Positions 14,661-29,035 of a DNA stretch of 64,000 bases are shown piece by piece (position 1 is the stretch's first letter; the number at the start of each line of letters is the position of its first letter). Position numbers and translations under genes: made by a program. The stretch is from the human T2T-CHM13v2.0 reference genome, Homo sapiens. Below the pieces are notes generated by a model. The model saw only the letters and a program-made list of their open reading frames with translations. It ran no database searches and had not been told where the DNA came from. The stretch lies in the NCBI RefSeq assembly GCF_009914755.1, contig NC_060926.1, one strand, 5' to 3'.

Positions 14661-17600
14661 ATTCTTCAGTTTAAAAAAAAATTAGTAGCAAGCACAAAGC
14701 CAGCTGTGCAAAGAAAGGGCAATGTAGCCCCAATAAACAGAGGCCCCAAGAGCACGTAACATGCCGCAGAACATCAGAGGCTGGCCTCCGCTGCCCCGAT
14801 GATGACCTAATTACTTGGTATTCCAGGAACTGGGCCAAGGGACAGCCCAGTCTGCCAGAACATCAACTCCAGCAGGGAGAATGGGGGCCATGAGGCCCAA
14901 GGGGGCAGAGCAAGGCAGCTCATGTCCTGAGAAGCCTGCCACCTCATTCCCACACTGGCCTTGTCTCCATCCTCCCCATCTCCTGGGACCAGGGGTATTA
15001 GGAGAGGGGTGATCCCGCACAGAGACCCCCCACCGCTTTTGGGGGTGGAAGCCTGAGATGCACTGAAGGCATCGACTGCTGTGGGCAGGGCTGGAAGGTC
15101 CCTGACCGGGGGATTAATGGAGGCATCATGAGAGTGGACTAGGGCCGCTCTGTGTTGCTCCCTCGGGGAGGGAGGGCAATGATGCAAGATCAAGCAGTCG
15201 GGGGAAGATCCTCAGGGACCGGGCGGGAGCTGAAGACTTCCAAGAACAAAGACTCCGGACTCTAATGCTCAGTATGAAGTCCTGTGACTAATTCCCCCCA
15301 TACTTATTCATTCAATAGCAGGCACCCCCTCACCCACCATTCATTAAAGTCTGTTCCATGCAAAAATGTCTTCTGAGACTGAGTTGTGAGGTATCAGTGA
15401 GGGGCTAGAGTTCATCTCTAGGTTTGATGTCACCCAAGATAGAGAACCCAGCTAATGCAGAGGACCATGTATCCGTGGAACTAATCCAGTGAGAGCAGAA
15501 GCTTGGAACTGGGCTGTAGAGAGCTATGGAACCCCACAGCAATTTGAGGTGATCTTAACCAGATGTGTAAGAGACTATTTAACCCATGCACTAGCATCTG
15601 CGCTCCTCTGATGTGCTCCCATCTCTCTCCTACCCGTCTCTCTAGACTAGAGGCCTTCCCTTGTGATTGCTGGCAACTCCAGTGCAGGCACTGGCTGGCA
15701 TTTCTTTGTCCCTCCAGCACCACCTCCTGCCTAGTGCAATTTATGGTCATGATGGTTCAGAAAGAACTTTTTGAAGGGATAGCCCATGCCAGATTTTATC
15801 ATGACGCAACTTTGCTTCAACTGGATGTTAGTGTAGAATCAATCTCCTTAGTTATTTAGAGGAAGCAGGATGTTCAAGAAGGTAGACAGCAAATAGTGGA
15901 CACATTTATTTTAGGGAAAAGAATCATTAGAGTGTGTATTCTTCCAGTCGTGCAGTCATTAATTTAACTATCATAATGCAAATATTTAAAAAGGAAGAAA
16001 ATTAACATTTAGTGAGTGCCTACTGCATGTTTCATATCTTTGATTCTTCCTGGGTTTACAAAAAGTATCTCTGAAGTCTTGTAGTGTGTCCACTGAGTTT
16101 CTCTAGTTTCACTAAGCCTCCGGACAGAAGAGCTCCAGGCAGCACAGCAGTCACCTTCTGCTCCCTGTCCTGGCCGCTCCTGTCGGGAGAGAAGGCTAGG
16201 GCGCTGTGGGGCACTGACTACAGGTCTGTGCCGGAGTTCCCCGATGATGCTGGCTGTAAGTAATGAGCGTGGTCTGCTGGGCCTTCCATGCAAAGTTGGC
16301 TCAGAACCAGCACCCTCTCCCTGCCCTCACCGGTGTGGCTCCTATGGGGAAACAGAGTCAGAGCTGAATGGAGGAAAAGCTCTCAGTGAGGGCAGAAAAT
16401 GAAGTTCACCTGGCCAGCCCAGACACCCAACAAACAAACCAAAAACAAAATATAAACAAATAAACAATAAATAAATGCCAAGCACCACGTGAAACATTTG
16501 CATCTGCTGCTTCACAAACCTACGAGTGCCAAGTGTGGTATATGAAGATGAGCAATTCTCACATCTCTCTTTAGACAACAGAATTTACCAAACTGCAAGA
16601 AAAACTGACCTCCAGATGTTACCGCCACCTGATGCATATTGAATGAGCTCAAAACAAGCTTCTGAATTTGGAATCATCCTTCTCAAATTGATGGAGAAAG
16701 TGACAAAAGTGGAGGCATTTCTGTGGGTGTGGAGGGTGCCGAGAGCCAGATGTGGCTTCTTGCAGGGACACAGACCTGCCTCCAAGACAAAGTATTCATT
16801 TGGTGGCCCCGGGGGCCCCTTCTCAGGAATAGTTAATAATATTAACAACTCCAACACTTCGTGAAATTATTTAGGTAATTAGCAAATAAAGATTACACCT
16901 CTAATTTCTTCTTTAAATTCTGATTTGGGGCCCTAGACTCAAAAAAAAATTGAGGCATTCGTAAGTCGAAGTTTTACCACTACGAGAGTTAGCATTTCCT
17001 AGTGTGGAGAAAAAAAATCAGATAAAGAAATTGCACTGGAAAGTGAAATTGGATTTTTTAAAAAATCAATGAAGTAACCAGGCTATTAAAATGGAAAATA
17101 AGTCTGATGTCATTCTGAAAAATAAGGGAGTGAGTCACCTGCAGAGCCACTTAATTAAGCACAGGAAGTAACAGGAGAGCTTGAGTAATTTTCCCCGTTA
17201 ATGTCAGTATTTCAAAATGAGTGAGGCGTTAGGCCACTCTCTTTTAATCTGAGAGCTAAATCAGCTCTTTTGCCCTCAGGACATCTTGAGACATTTGAAG
17301 TTGATGAAGAGCAAAAAGGAATGTATTAAAAATTATCCCAACTGCACTCAAACAAGGAGAAAACTAAGCTTTCTACTTTAGGTCCTTGGGGCGTGGAGTG
17401 ATGGAGGCCGGGGAGCAGGCGCTGGGAGCAGGCACTGGGAGCCTGGGGCTGGAACGCTCTCCGTACGGAGTGGGGGAGGCAGCCCAAGGGGGCACCGTCA
17501 CAGTGGTCATAGGGAATGTCAGCAGAGGTCTTCCCTGGCTCCTGGGGATTGCAGTAATTTTCATTTCTGGCCTGTAGCAGCTGAGAGGGGTGGCTTCTGT

Positions 17601-19949
17601 GTTTGGGTTTTCACAGAAGTGATGTGGGACATTTGAGCACCTTGAAAGAAAGTGTCCGTTCTCCTTCCTGTCAATGCGGGGTCATGCGGGGCCTGGCTGG
17701 CCTCCCCTCCTGCCTCTACCAGCCAGAGCGCCCTGGCTTCATCTGCCCCAGCCAGGACACTAGGTCTGGGGCGCTCTCCCAAACAGCAGTATAGAAATGC
17801 CCCAGGCCTGCCCCAGACCCACCCTAGGGAAGCGTGGGGACCGTCCCAAGGTGTGCTTGGGGGCTCTGAGTCTCAGTCCTCTCCACCAAAGTGAAGGGGG
17901 CTCCTGAGGTTCCTGCTGGATCCCAAACTAGAGCAGGCTCTGACAAGGAGGACCGGGGCTGTCCCCTGAGGCCTCGTGTTTAGAGCATTCCATCGTCCTC
18001 CATCCATCAGGGCCATCATCATCAAAGGCCTGTTCCTCTCCACTGCTGGGATTAGCATAGTTTGCACCTATGTCTTTTGGTGTTGGTTGGTTGTTTTGTG
18101 TCTACTATTATTATTTAACTTTGCTGAAATTCGGGAACTTTAATCCCTACATCTGGCCTGGTTTCCATAAGGGCTTGTTTGGAGAACCGAGCCCACGGGG
18201 GCGTGAGTGCCTGCGAAACACAGAAAGAAGCCGAGACCCAGGACTGAAGACTCGAGACTGCTTTGGGCGTGTGGAGTTTGCATCCCTGATGAGTAAGTCA
18301 GTCTGTTCTGAATGATCCAAGCTTAATTCGTGGTTAAAAACAAAAACTGGCCACAACCAGGCAGCTCTAGGTTTTAGACAGCACCCTAAACCCCAAGGAC
18401 CACCAGACACTTTCCCAATATTAACCACCAAGAGTGAAAAATGCATAATGCTCAGTTTGCAAAGTTAACTTCATCAGAAATGCTTCTCCCTCCCAGGTAG
18501 TTCTTTATTACTTCATCTTGAAATTGGCAATGTAGCGCTGGGTTTTTACTCTAACTTTTAAAATGTTTCTCCTTCTCCCCCATCCCACCCCAAATAGAAT
18601 CGCTTGATAAAAACAAAAGCAAATTAATATTTGGTGTTCACGTTTTTAACCAATCAGCCAACTGAGAACCAGGTGGGCTAATCCTAATCCCTTTTTGAGG
18701 ATTGTCCTGAAGGCCAGAGGCCAGGTGTGGCCTCCAGCCTCAGGCACCCACAGACTTTCAAGAGGCCTCTTCCTGAGGTCCTCTCTCCCTACTTTAACAA
18801 ATTCTCCTCCCACATGAGATGACACATCTGACAGTCACCCAGCTGCTTGATGTATGCAGGTCAAGCTGTGAACTGGCTTTGAGTTCCAATCACCATTAGA
18901 AGGTAAATTCACTGACTTGAAAGCTTACTGATGTCATGGAGTCATAATCAAAGATCTCTTTGAAGTGGAAGTTGGTCAGTCATTGCAGGAGGAGGTAAGA
19001 AGGGGTGAGATAAAAACTCAGGCAGCTGAAACCATTACCCCCTGGGGAAGCAAACCCCAGCCCTCAATTCTGAATCCCCAGTAAGGCCTCTCCCCAGTGC
19101 AAGCAAGCCCACCTTTCCTTAGCCATCCCCATTCATAGCCTCATCTGCTTCTGCCTCACCAAGGGTGACTGCTGTTCAAATCCTGGCTCAGCTGCTCACC
19201 GGCCTTATGCCCCTGCCCTGGGGAAGGCCAATGCTTGGCTGCTTGCTCACCTACTAAACAAGAACCCTCTGAGTGCTGGTGCATTTCCCTCGGTGAAGGG
19301 TTTGGCTTGGAGTCAGGGTCTTCTCTCCCTCTTCTGATTGCGAGCCTGGCCGGACCCTTGCCTGGGTAAATACACATGCTCTACCCTCACCTGCCCCCGA
19401 TATCCCACCCACCTGCCCTTCTCTGCCCCCTGGGCCTGCCCCATCCCTTGGCTTCCTGCCCTGCCTTTGACCTGGCACCAGCACAATGTGCGGGTTGCTG
19501 AGACCAGGAACAGGTTCATGCCAGGAGAGTCGTTTCCTGACCCAACGATCAGCTGCATGAGAAGGGGTGACATCATCGAACTTCCACGGTCACTCTGCCC
19601 CACAACCCCTGCATGCATCTGCCCTGGGGAAGCACGGCCCCCAACAAATGATATACCACGCCCCAGCAGTCTCCCGGCCTCAGGAGGACCTGCGGTCAAA
19701 GCCGCCAAAACTGTGAGAGTAGCACAGCAGAGCTGCCTCGATTTGTGGGAATGCAAAGGGAGCCTGGGCTGCTCTGCCAAAGCCAAAACCGCACTGATTT
19801 TCTACCAGGCACCAGCTACTCCGAATGCACAAACACACCCTCCACTTCCCGGAGAGGAGACATCTATGAAGCCTGTGTGGGCCCTGCCCGCTGATGCCCA
19901 GGGCAGTGGGATTTGGTTTTTTGTCCAGGAAAGGCATGGATATAAATCA

Positions 19950-20397
19950 TGGCTGATGGGGTCGGTGGCTGTGTGTTGGTTTTTGGGCTGCCCCACATCC
20001 ACCCCTGCCTATTGGCCCCAGTTTCCTTTTGGGGATGAGTTTTCCCCCACTGTGTTTGGTGTGGGTGGGAGAATAATCTTAGGTGCCTGGCCTCCACCGT
20101 GGAAGTCTAGGAAGTGAAATCCTGTCTCTCCCTGCCTGTGGTCACACAGGGTAGGGTAGGTGACCTAACCCTAGCTCACAGGCCCTCACCGAAGAGGTGG
20201 CATCTGCAATGAGTGAGACAGGGACAGAGGATCAGCAGGTCCAGCTGGGACCCTGGACTGATGGCCTCTGCCATAAGACAGGGTTGTGCTTCCTGCCTTC
20301 CCAGGACAAATTCCCTGAGCCCCTCATTACCTTCCAGTTTGCTCCGTTGAGCGGGCTGGAGCCTCTTTCTCATGATGATAGAATCCTAACTGATACT
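19950..20397. mobile_element. Possible old ERVL/MaLR LTR
   Basis: Ends agaatcctaactgatac, a common old-LTR terminus; family not resolved. Confidence 0.35.
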
Positions 20398-20524
20398 GCA
20401 AGGGGATACTGTCTAGCCTTCAGTAAGCCACTGTAAGCCCCCCAGGGTCCCTGACAGTGGCCTGGGTATAGTGTCATGGGGACAACAAAGAGAAGCACAG
20501 GCCTTCAAGCAGGTGAAATCGTGT

Positions 20525-20858
20525 GTTTTTTTTTTCTTTTCGTTTTCTCTTTCTTTTTTTAAAAAAGAGATGGGGTCTTGCTTTGTTGCCCCGGCTGGAG
20601 TGTAGTGGTAGGATCATAGCTCACTGCAGCCTCCATCTCCTGGGCTCAAGAGATCCTCCTGCCTAGCCTCTGGAATATCTGGGACTACAGGTGTGTGTCA
20701 CCACACTGATCTTTTGTTTGTTTGTTTGTTTGTTTCATTTTTTGTAGAGATGGAGTCTGCCATGTTGCCCAGGCTAGTCTCAAACTCCTGGTCTGAAGCC
20801 ATCCTACCGCCTGGCCTCCGAAAGTGCTGGGATTACAGGTGTGAGTGCCGTTCCTGGC
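20525..20858 (-). mobile_element. AluJ
   Basis: T-rich tail, gatcatagctcactgcagcc, tcctgggctcaag. Confidence 0.9.
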
Positions 20859-21384
20859 TGGTGTGTTTCTTCTGGAGAGGAGTCATTTGCTAATATCTGT
20901 ATCTGCTGCCTCTCTCTTTTGGCAGAGCCTCTGTCTGTGTATGCATGACAGAGTTTTTCCTCTCTTACCAGTAAATTAGCAGAATATAGTTTCCTTTGCT
21001 GTTGTCATTCCTCTAAATGGGTGAGTATTTTATGTCTGAGGGACCTTCCCCGCCTGGGAGACAACTGATTCTCCAAAGCACACTAGTGGCCAGCAGCTCT
21101 GAGTGTGCCACAAATGCACGTGCCTGTTCCATTTGTACAAGGAGGATTTGCAATCACTGCATCTGCTGGCCTGCCCAGGACAGAGCCCTGTGGAACCTGG
21201 GTGCTCACCCTCACCCTGCTCACAGGGATCCCCCGGATGCCCTGGTGGCTCAGGCAAGAGCCCTCTAGTCCAGAATCCTGTCATTCATCCTGGTGAGGAA
21301 TGAAGCTCTGGGGCAGTCGGGGCCTATAAAGGCAGTGGCTCCTCCTCCCACCATGTTCTTAGTGACCTACAATGAGAGGAAAAT

Positions 21385-22172
21385 CCATAAATGCCCCTAA
21401 CCCAGTTATTTTAAGTATACAATGCAGTGGCATTAAGTACATTCACAATGTTGTACAACCAGCACCACTATTTCCAAAACGTTTTTCATCACCTCAAACT
21501 GAAACTCCGTACCTGTTAACCAATAACTCCCCATTCTCCCCTCTCCCCAGCCCCTGGCAACCTCGATTCTAGTTTCTGTCTCAATCAGTTTGACTAATCT
21601 AGGTACCTTATATACGTGTTTTTATACAATATTCGTCCTTTTGTACCTGGCTTATTTCACTTAGCATGTTTTCAAGGTTCATCCACGTTGTAGCATATAT
21701 AAGAACTTGATTCCTTTTTATGGCTGAATAGTATTCCATTGTGTGTACATACCACATTTTGTTTATCTGCCAACAGAAACTTGGGTTGTTTACACTTTTT
21801 TTAAGCTATTGTGAATAATGCTGCAATAAATATTGGTATACTAGTCTCTATTGGAGTCCTTGCTTTCAATTCTTTGGGGTACAAACATAAAAATGGAATT
21901 GCTGGGTCATATGCTAATTCTCTATTCAACTTTTTAAGGAAACATTAAACTGTTTTCCAAAACAGCTGTATCATTTTCCATTCTCAACGGCAATGTCTGA
22001 AGTTTCCAACTTTTCCACATCCTCATCCACACTGATTACCTTCTTTTTTGTTTGTTTGTTTGTATTGTCGCCATCCTAATGGGAGTCAAGTAGAGTCTCA
22101 TTGTGGTTTTGATTTGCCTGTCCCTAATGACCAATGATGCTGAGCATCTTTTCATGTGTTTATTAGCCAGCT
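21385..22172 (-). mobile_element. L1MB-like 3' region
   Basis: gtggcattaagtacattcacaatgttgt, ttttatggctgaatagtattccattgtg, gatgctgagcatcttttcatgtg. Confidence 0.9.
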
Positions 22173-22804
22173 GTTTATCTCTAACTGCTCCTGATACTCC
22201 TGCGTGTGTATTCAAAGATAAGCTGTGCCTGAATGTCCTTTCTCACACTCAACTTCTAATTGCAACAAAGCTCAAACTCCTGCTGCTCGCAGCCCTGCTT
22301 TGAGATGCACCTGGGATGACTTAACCCTTTGGCTGCTTTCAAAGTGGGTGAAAGGTATCCTAGTAGAGCAGGGTTATGGAAAGTCCTGAGAACAGGCACT
22401 AACATTCAGTTAGTTTCTTGGCAGAGACTTCCTTTTTTGCACTATCACAAATAACGAGGGTGCTTGTGGCAGAAGGAACTTCAGACTCATGCCTGGTGCC
22501 ACGCAGCACCTGCATGGAGAAGGGTCTCCTGTGGGCAGAGGAAAGCCCCAGACAGGGCACAGGTGCTGGCCAGTGGCTCAAGAGGGTGCAGCTGCCTCGG
22601 CCTTTTCCAGACCAGCCTTGACCCCTGCCCGCCCAGAGAAACAACTGTTCCCATTTTGACCAACTTGCTTGGAGACACCTGACCAGCAGCCTACCACCAA
22701 AATCACAAAATAACCATGGCATCGTGTTTCTCGCGGACAGATGCTGAGACGCAGCCAGCCACCCTTTGGTTTTTAGTGCTCTTCCCTGATAGCATCTGTT
22801 GGCC

Positions 22805-23003
22805 TGCTGAGTCACACTGCAGGTGAAGTGCACTCATCCCTCTGTGTGAGCTCTGGCCATTTGCTGCCTGTGGTTCCCCCATGAGTCAGTGGCATTGGGC
22901 CTTACTCTGAGGAGATGTAATGGAGGGACATGGAGGTCACAGGGCATGTGCTGAGAGGAGAGTTTGCAATTCTTGAAGAGTTTATTTTGAATAAGCTGAG
23001 TCA
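22805..23003. promoter_or_regulatory. Candidate ARE/AP-1 enhancer cluster
   Basis: TGCTGAGTCAC 22805-22815, TGAGTCA 22882-22888, GCTGAGTCAT 22995-23004 in non-repeat DNA; motif evidence only. Confidence 0.45.
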
Positions 23004-26000
23004 TGATTACTTCAAGGACTAGGCTCAGCTGTAGACACCAACTGCAAAGCCAAAGCCTGGGGCATTTTGTCTGGTGAAACTCTGAAAGTTTCCATAAGAT
23101 ATTATTTTGAGTAGAACTAGATAACTTTTTTCCTGATGAAACATGCAATTTTCTATAAAACCTTTAAAAATCAAAACGTAAAAGAATTAATGCCTTACTC
23201 ATTCCAAAGTAACAAAGAGTGTCTCATATATTTAAACATTCAAATCAACTTCCAAATTCAGTCTGCTATAAATTCAGTACAGAAATGGGGAGGATGTAGA
23301 AGAATGAGGAAGACCCAGGGAGAGGGAATTCACAATTCACTCAAAATGCAATCAAGGTGGCTATTCTTTTAAACATTTACAACAGCTTTGACACTTCTTC
23401 TTTGGTTTTTGGATAGAGCGTCTTCTTGAAATCTCTGAGTCAAAGTTGATATCTTTTAAGACGCTCTTCTGTTCCCCAAAGTGTCTTTGCTTTTTCAGGG
23501 ATAGGCTGGTGGTTCCTCTTGGGTGTCCTCAGCCATGCCAAGTCCTCCTGGGACCCGGGAGGCTGGGTTGTCCTGTCCTGGTGGGAGTGAAGGACCGTGG
23601 TTGGGTGAAGTCTTGGTGGAGGCAGCTGCCTAGCTCTCCTGTGCTCTCCTCTGGTGGAGTGGGGAGACTTGCTGCTCTGTAGATATGAGCTCGGGGAGGA
23701 ATGAGGGCTGAGCTCCCTCCACAGCCACCCAGTGTCTCAGCAGGAGGGCCCCACTTGGAGATGCCAAGACCCTCCCAGTGGGTTCTCTCCTAGCACAGCA
23801 AGGGAGAGCTGCACCAGCAGGTGGAGAAGTTGGGGAACAGATAAGCAGCAGCCTCTCAGCCAGGTGGACACCTCAGCGTGGGAGCCTCAAGCAGCCTTGA
23901 GGGCAGTGGCGGAGAGGAAGGACCTCCTCCCCTCACTGTCCACAGCATGGCCCTCCACCCTCTGTCTCCCTTGGTCTGTTGATATCTCTCTTTTCTCCTC
24001 CCTGCAAGCTCTTATGACTATGTTACATGTGTGGTTGGTTTGTTGGAAGGACAAGAGAAGGAGCAGGAGTTAGAATCATCTGTGGCACCCACCAGTCTCA
24101 CCTCCACCCAGGTCTATCTTCCCAGCAAAACACTACATGGTCCCCTGTATGGAAAACTTCCCCAATACTCTCTCACCTCCCTGCACTCTGCCAATCTGTC
24201 ATCTTAACTTTGAACAGCCCTAGACGGCCATCGTCATGAAACTCAGCTCCCAAGCCTTGCCACTTGAACAGCTTTCCACATCTCCCCACAGAGTCCTCTA
24301 AGATAAAAACCAATAGCCCTGGGAGGTATCATTTTTTATTTTACAGGGCCCCATGCAATGGCATGAAGCCAGACAGCAGAATAAAAGCGGAATTCCTCCT
24401 CACAGCCTTGGCCTTGCCTCCTTTACCTTCTGCCTTGCCCTCTGTCCTCCCAGCTTTCCATGTCTTTCTTCCTCCATTTCCCTTTCCTCCTTTCCTTCCT
24501 TCCTACCTGTCCATTCTCCCTTCCCATTTTTTTTCTTTCCTCCATGCACCAGTTTTCCAGCCTTGTTCCACCCTAGGACCCTGGGCCTGAAGAGGCTGGA
24601 GCTGCAGTCCTGACGCTTCTTCCTCCCAGAGCCCCAGGGATGTGTTCCTACCTTTGGTGGACCCCTCACCACCTATGCCAAGCATTAAAATCTCCCTCCT
24701 TCAGCCAGTCTAGGCCGGAGAGCGCGCCTGAATCTTCCTGCCTCCCCTCTTCACGTGTGTCCCTAAGGATAGGCTTGTGCCCTGTCTATGAGGCGGACAT
24801 AGTTGACAATGAACTGACAGTGGTAGTCCCCAGCCTCCACTTGTAATACCTGGGGACATCTCCCCAACTCCCCCCATCATTCTCCCGTCATATCCCCCCA
24901 GAGGATGCGCAACATCCTCTGGCCAAGGATACAGCTCATTCTACCTGGAGCCCCTTGGACCAGCACAGCTGCCTGGGCCCCTCCCCTGCATCACTGGAAT
25001 GCCCGAGGCCGCCAGACGAGGTGGCCTCCTTCCCAACGCAAGGATGTTCCCCTGGGGTGTTCTGTCACATAAATTCTTCCAAGAATTTATTTCCAGAAAA
25101 AATTAAATTCCCCAAAGAATTGGTATATTTTCTTTTATTAGACAATAAGAGCTGCACACCACAGCGCTTGCCTTTTCTTTTTGCTTTTCTTTCCAGGGCT
25201 GTGTTAGTGCTGATTATGGATGTATTCATCAGCTCTCTTTTCTGTTCTTTCTCTTTCTGCTGCCATTTGTCCAGTTTATTCTTGGGTGTGTGTGCATGTG
25301 TACTTATGGAGAGCTCAGTTCAAGTAACTTTGTGGGAAGGCTGGCCGGGCCGGCTTCTGTGGTCTTGATGCACCGCCCTTGTCCTTCCTCCCACCTCTCC
25401 TGGCATTCACACCTGCTTCAGAGTCCCCTCCACACATTCAATTTGGGGTCCTCTACCCCTACTTTGGCCCATGTGATCACCAAGTGGTCCAGAGCAGTCC
25501 TTGGACCTGTCCACCCCATGAAATGGGAGCTTTCCAAAAAGAAAGAAATCACCTTACATGGTAGATCAGGCCTGAATGCCTGCAGAGCCTCCTGGCTAAA
25601 GGACCAAGTTTCTACCTCCTTCCCATCAGCTCCCATCTCTCAAGGGACTGAGTTTCTACTCTCCTTTCCCTCAGTCCCCATCTTTCCCCACTCTGTCACA
25701 AAGGAGGGAAGAGAAGAAGATGGAATTTTGGTTTCACAGGTGAAGGAAGGGGATCTTGGTAATGAGGGAGGTTGGAAATTGTCAAATCAGCATCCATGAG
25801 CACAGCCACCCCAGAGGAAGTTCTTGGTCTATCCTTGCACAGGTCTTCAGCCCAGTGGGTGGAGGTGTAGTTTGCAATGAATGATGACAGATTCCCCTTG
25901 CCAGACCCTGGAACCAAAGGTTTGGAGGGCCTTCTCAACAGGCCCTCCATAAACAAGACAGAAACTTGCAGTTAGCGGGGAATTATTTCTTTGAGTGGCA

Positions 26001-26127
26001 GCTCAGCTTTTTGCAAAGTCCCACCACAGATCGAAGGGCTCTTTTTGCCTGGGGGAGAAAAGCTGCTTTCTATAAGCTTTTAATATTCAGCAGGGCTTCA
26101 TAGAGTTACAATCGAAGCTTCATCTTA

Positions 26128-26499
<372 letters not shown>

Positions 26500-27874
26500 T
26501 TAAGGAAAATAGAGATGTATAAGTCATTTTGAAGTAAGCTTAAGTATGGTGTTGGAGTCACTAACAGAGCCAGAAAAGTGTTTCAAATAAAGTACAAAGT
26601 TTATGATGTGAGCCTGTGACCTCCACTACCTTACTCAAATACAAGAGTGGACAGATATCAAGCACGGGTCCTCCAGACCTCAAGCTGTTCTCATTGGTTT
26701 GTTGGGTAAGAGGGTCAGTTGGGTGAAGAGTCATCCTTGAATTCTAGACTTGGCACCGACTCCACTCATGGGATTAAAGCCTGCATTGTCTATAGCCCTG
26801 AGCGCCTGCCATGCACCTGCCAACTAGCCCACTGTTGGCTACGTGGAAGGACAAGGATTGGTGTCTGGTCACCAACTGGGCCAGCATTTGTAATGGCCTT
26901 ATAAACATGGGTGTGAGGTTTGTGCACACCCCCTGAGTACTGGCTACCTTTGCCAGGCTCCAGTGGTGTACCCCCTCAGTGACAGGAGAGGTTTAAAAGG
27001 TGGGGAGGGCAGTCCAATCAAGTGTGGGTCCCTGTATGACATCACCCAACCCAAGAGAGGACTTGAAGCACAAGAGGTGTGGTGAGAATTGGCTCATGCT
27101 CCTTCCTTTGTTGATCTGCCTTTCCAGGGACACTTCCACCCCAAATCAAGAACAGAGTTTAGGATGAGGCTCACCTCTTTTGGCACAGCCTCTGCCCTGA
27201 CACCCTTACCCTTTGGCCCCTGCTCTGAGGTTCTTTCAGATCTTTGCAGAGACCAGGCTCTCTCTTGCTCCAGCCCTTCGCTCAAACTGGGACTCAATGC
27301 CCTCTACCCTGGCCTGTCTGCTCCTTTCATCCTTCCAATCCCAGCCTGGGAGGCTTCTGTCATCCCTTCAAGAGTGGGTTAGGGCCTCCAAGCCTCCCCT
27401 ACCATCCATGCCATCCCTGCATTGGGTACTGGTCTTGTGGGTCTTCCCCTAGGCAGGAACCAAGTCAGCCTGAACCACTGATACATCCTGAGTGCCCCTC
27501 ACTGAACTGGGCAAATAGCAGACTCTTAAAAATGCTCAAAGCATGAAAAACCCCCTGGACTCGCTGAATGTGAGCGTCCAACTGAATAGAATCAGTAGGA
27601 GCTCACTTCGGAGCAGCTAGCAGGAAGAGAGCCACACCCGATGCATTGTGGTTCCTTCAAACCCAGCAAGCTGGTCAGTGCTAACCCTTGGGACACTTTT
27701 GGGAGCTGCGGAGAGATCTGATTCTGTGGAGCAGTTGAGGTTTCAGGTAAACTATAACCACATGAATAGAATGTGATGGGCTTGTTCATTTTTCAGGGTT
27801 AGAGTTGCCTAGGCCAGAATATCCAGGAGCCTCCTGTCTCTGCACTGTGCACAATGCAAGAACATCCGGGCAGC

Positions 27875-27995
27875 CCTACTCTGGAATCTCCACAAGGGCA
27901 GAGACCCATAGGATTTATTCCCACTGGTTCCCAGCCCCCAGCACAGTGCCTGACCTACAGGAGTTGCTCAGCAATTGTTGGTTGAATGATTGAAG
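27875..27995. mobile_element. L2 3' end
   Basis: ccagcacagtgcctgac...gctcagcaattgttggttgaatga. Confidence 0.7.
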
Positions 27996-28010
27996 GGAGA
28001 AAAAAATGAG

Positions 28011-28423
28011 TGATAGGGTTTGGATTTGCGTCCCCACCAAATCTCTTGTCAAACCGTAGTCCCTAGTGTTGGAGGTGGGGCCTGGTGGGAGGTGGTTGGA
28101 TCATGGGGGTGGATTTCTCATGAATAGTTTAGCACTACCCTCTTGGTGTTGTTCTCATGGTACTGAGTTCTCTCAAGATCTGGTCTTTAAAAGTGTGAAG
28201 CATCTCCCCTCTCACTCTCTCTTGCTCCTGCTCCTGCTATGTAAGACACCTGTTCCCCCTTGCTTTCTGCCATGATTGGAAGCTTTCTGAGGCCTCCCCA
28301 GAAGCAGAATCCACTACGCTTGCTCTACAGCCTGCAGAACCGTGAGCCAAGTAAACCTCTTTTCTTTGTAAATGACCCAGTCTCAGGTATTTCTTTATAG
28401 CAGTGCAAGAATGGACTAATACA
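28011..28423 (+). mobile_element. MST (MSTA/B) solo LTR
   Basis: tgatagggtttggatt...ggactaataca termini; 5-bp TSD atgag at 28006-28010 and 28424-28428. Confidence 0.92.
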
Positions 28424-28519
28424 ATGAGTTTATGGACAGAAAAATTCTTTCTTAGAGAAACAGATAATGTAGCTCCAGCTGAGTCTGGAGACTTTCCCAG
28501 TTAAATTGGAAAACCCTGT

Positions 28520-29035
28520 CTTTAATATATTTACAGGTGATGTTCCACTTTCAGGACTTACTCTCCCACATGAGCACATGGAAATCCTGAAGACGATCTT
28601 CACTTAAATGCTCATGATGATGAGAAAGGGACCATAAGATAGATACCACCCAGCAATGAGAACGAGTTACGTCCACAGGTAGCAACAGGATAGAGCTCAA
28701 TAACATGGAGAGAAGAAAGCAAATTGCAGAACAACTCCTTTGACATCAGCATATAAAACCCAACACATGATACCCTATATTGCAGATAAATGTATAGAAT
28801 TCTAAACACCTGGACAGGAAATTCTATACCCAACTCAGGGTGGTGAGATGAGGCTGAGGACCCACGATGGGTGGGGATGAGAGAGGACTGTGGGAATCAA
28901 GCTGCAGTCAAAACAAGATCTGAAGCCAATAGAGTAAAATGTTCTCTACTGAATGTTAAAGGTTGTCCCTATTAAGTGCATTTGTTATATTACTCTCTAG
29001 AGTTTTTTGCATATTTGAAAGTTCTATAATATTTT
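28520..29035 (+). mobile_element. Old L1ME 3' fragment
   Basis: ttccactttcaggactta, agaaagcaaattgcaga, tttttgcatatttgaaa. Confidence 0.5.

Noticed and set aside
19338-20117. Longest ORF (259 aa, + strand)
   Set aside because: Non-ATG start, Pro/Cys/Trp-rich composition with no recognisable domain, and it runs into a probable LTR; consistent with a chance ORF in GC-rich DNA
21325-21332. TATAAAGG TATA-like box
   Set aside because: No CpG island or downstream exon evidence; followed almost immediately by an L1
23814-23826. CTCF-like core CCAGCAGGTGGAG
   Set aside because: Single imperfect match with weak flanks; not supportable without a PWM scan or ChIP data
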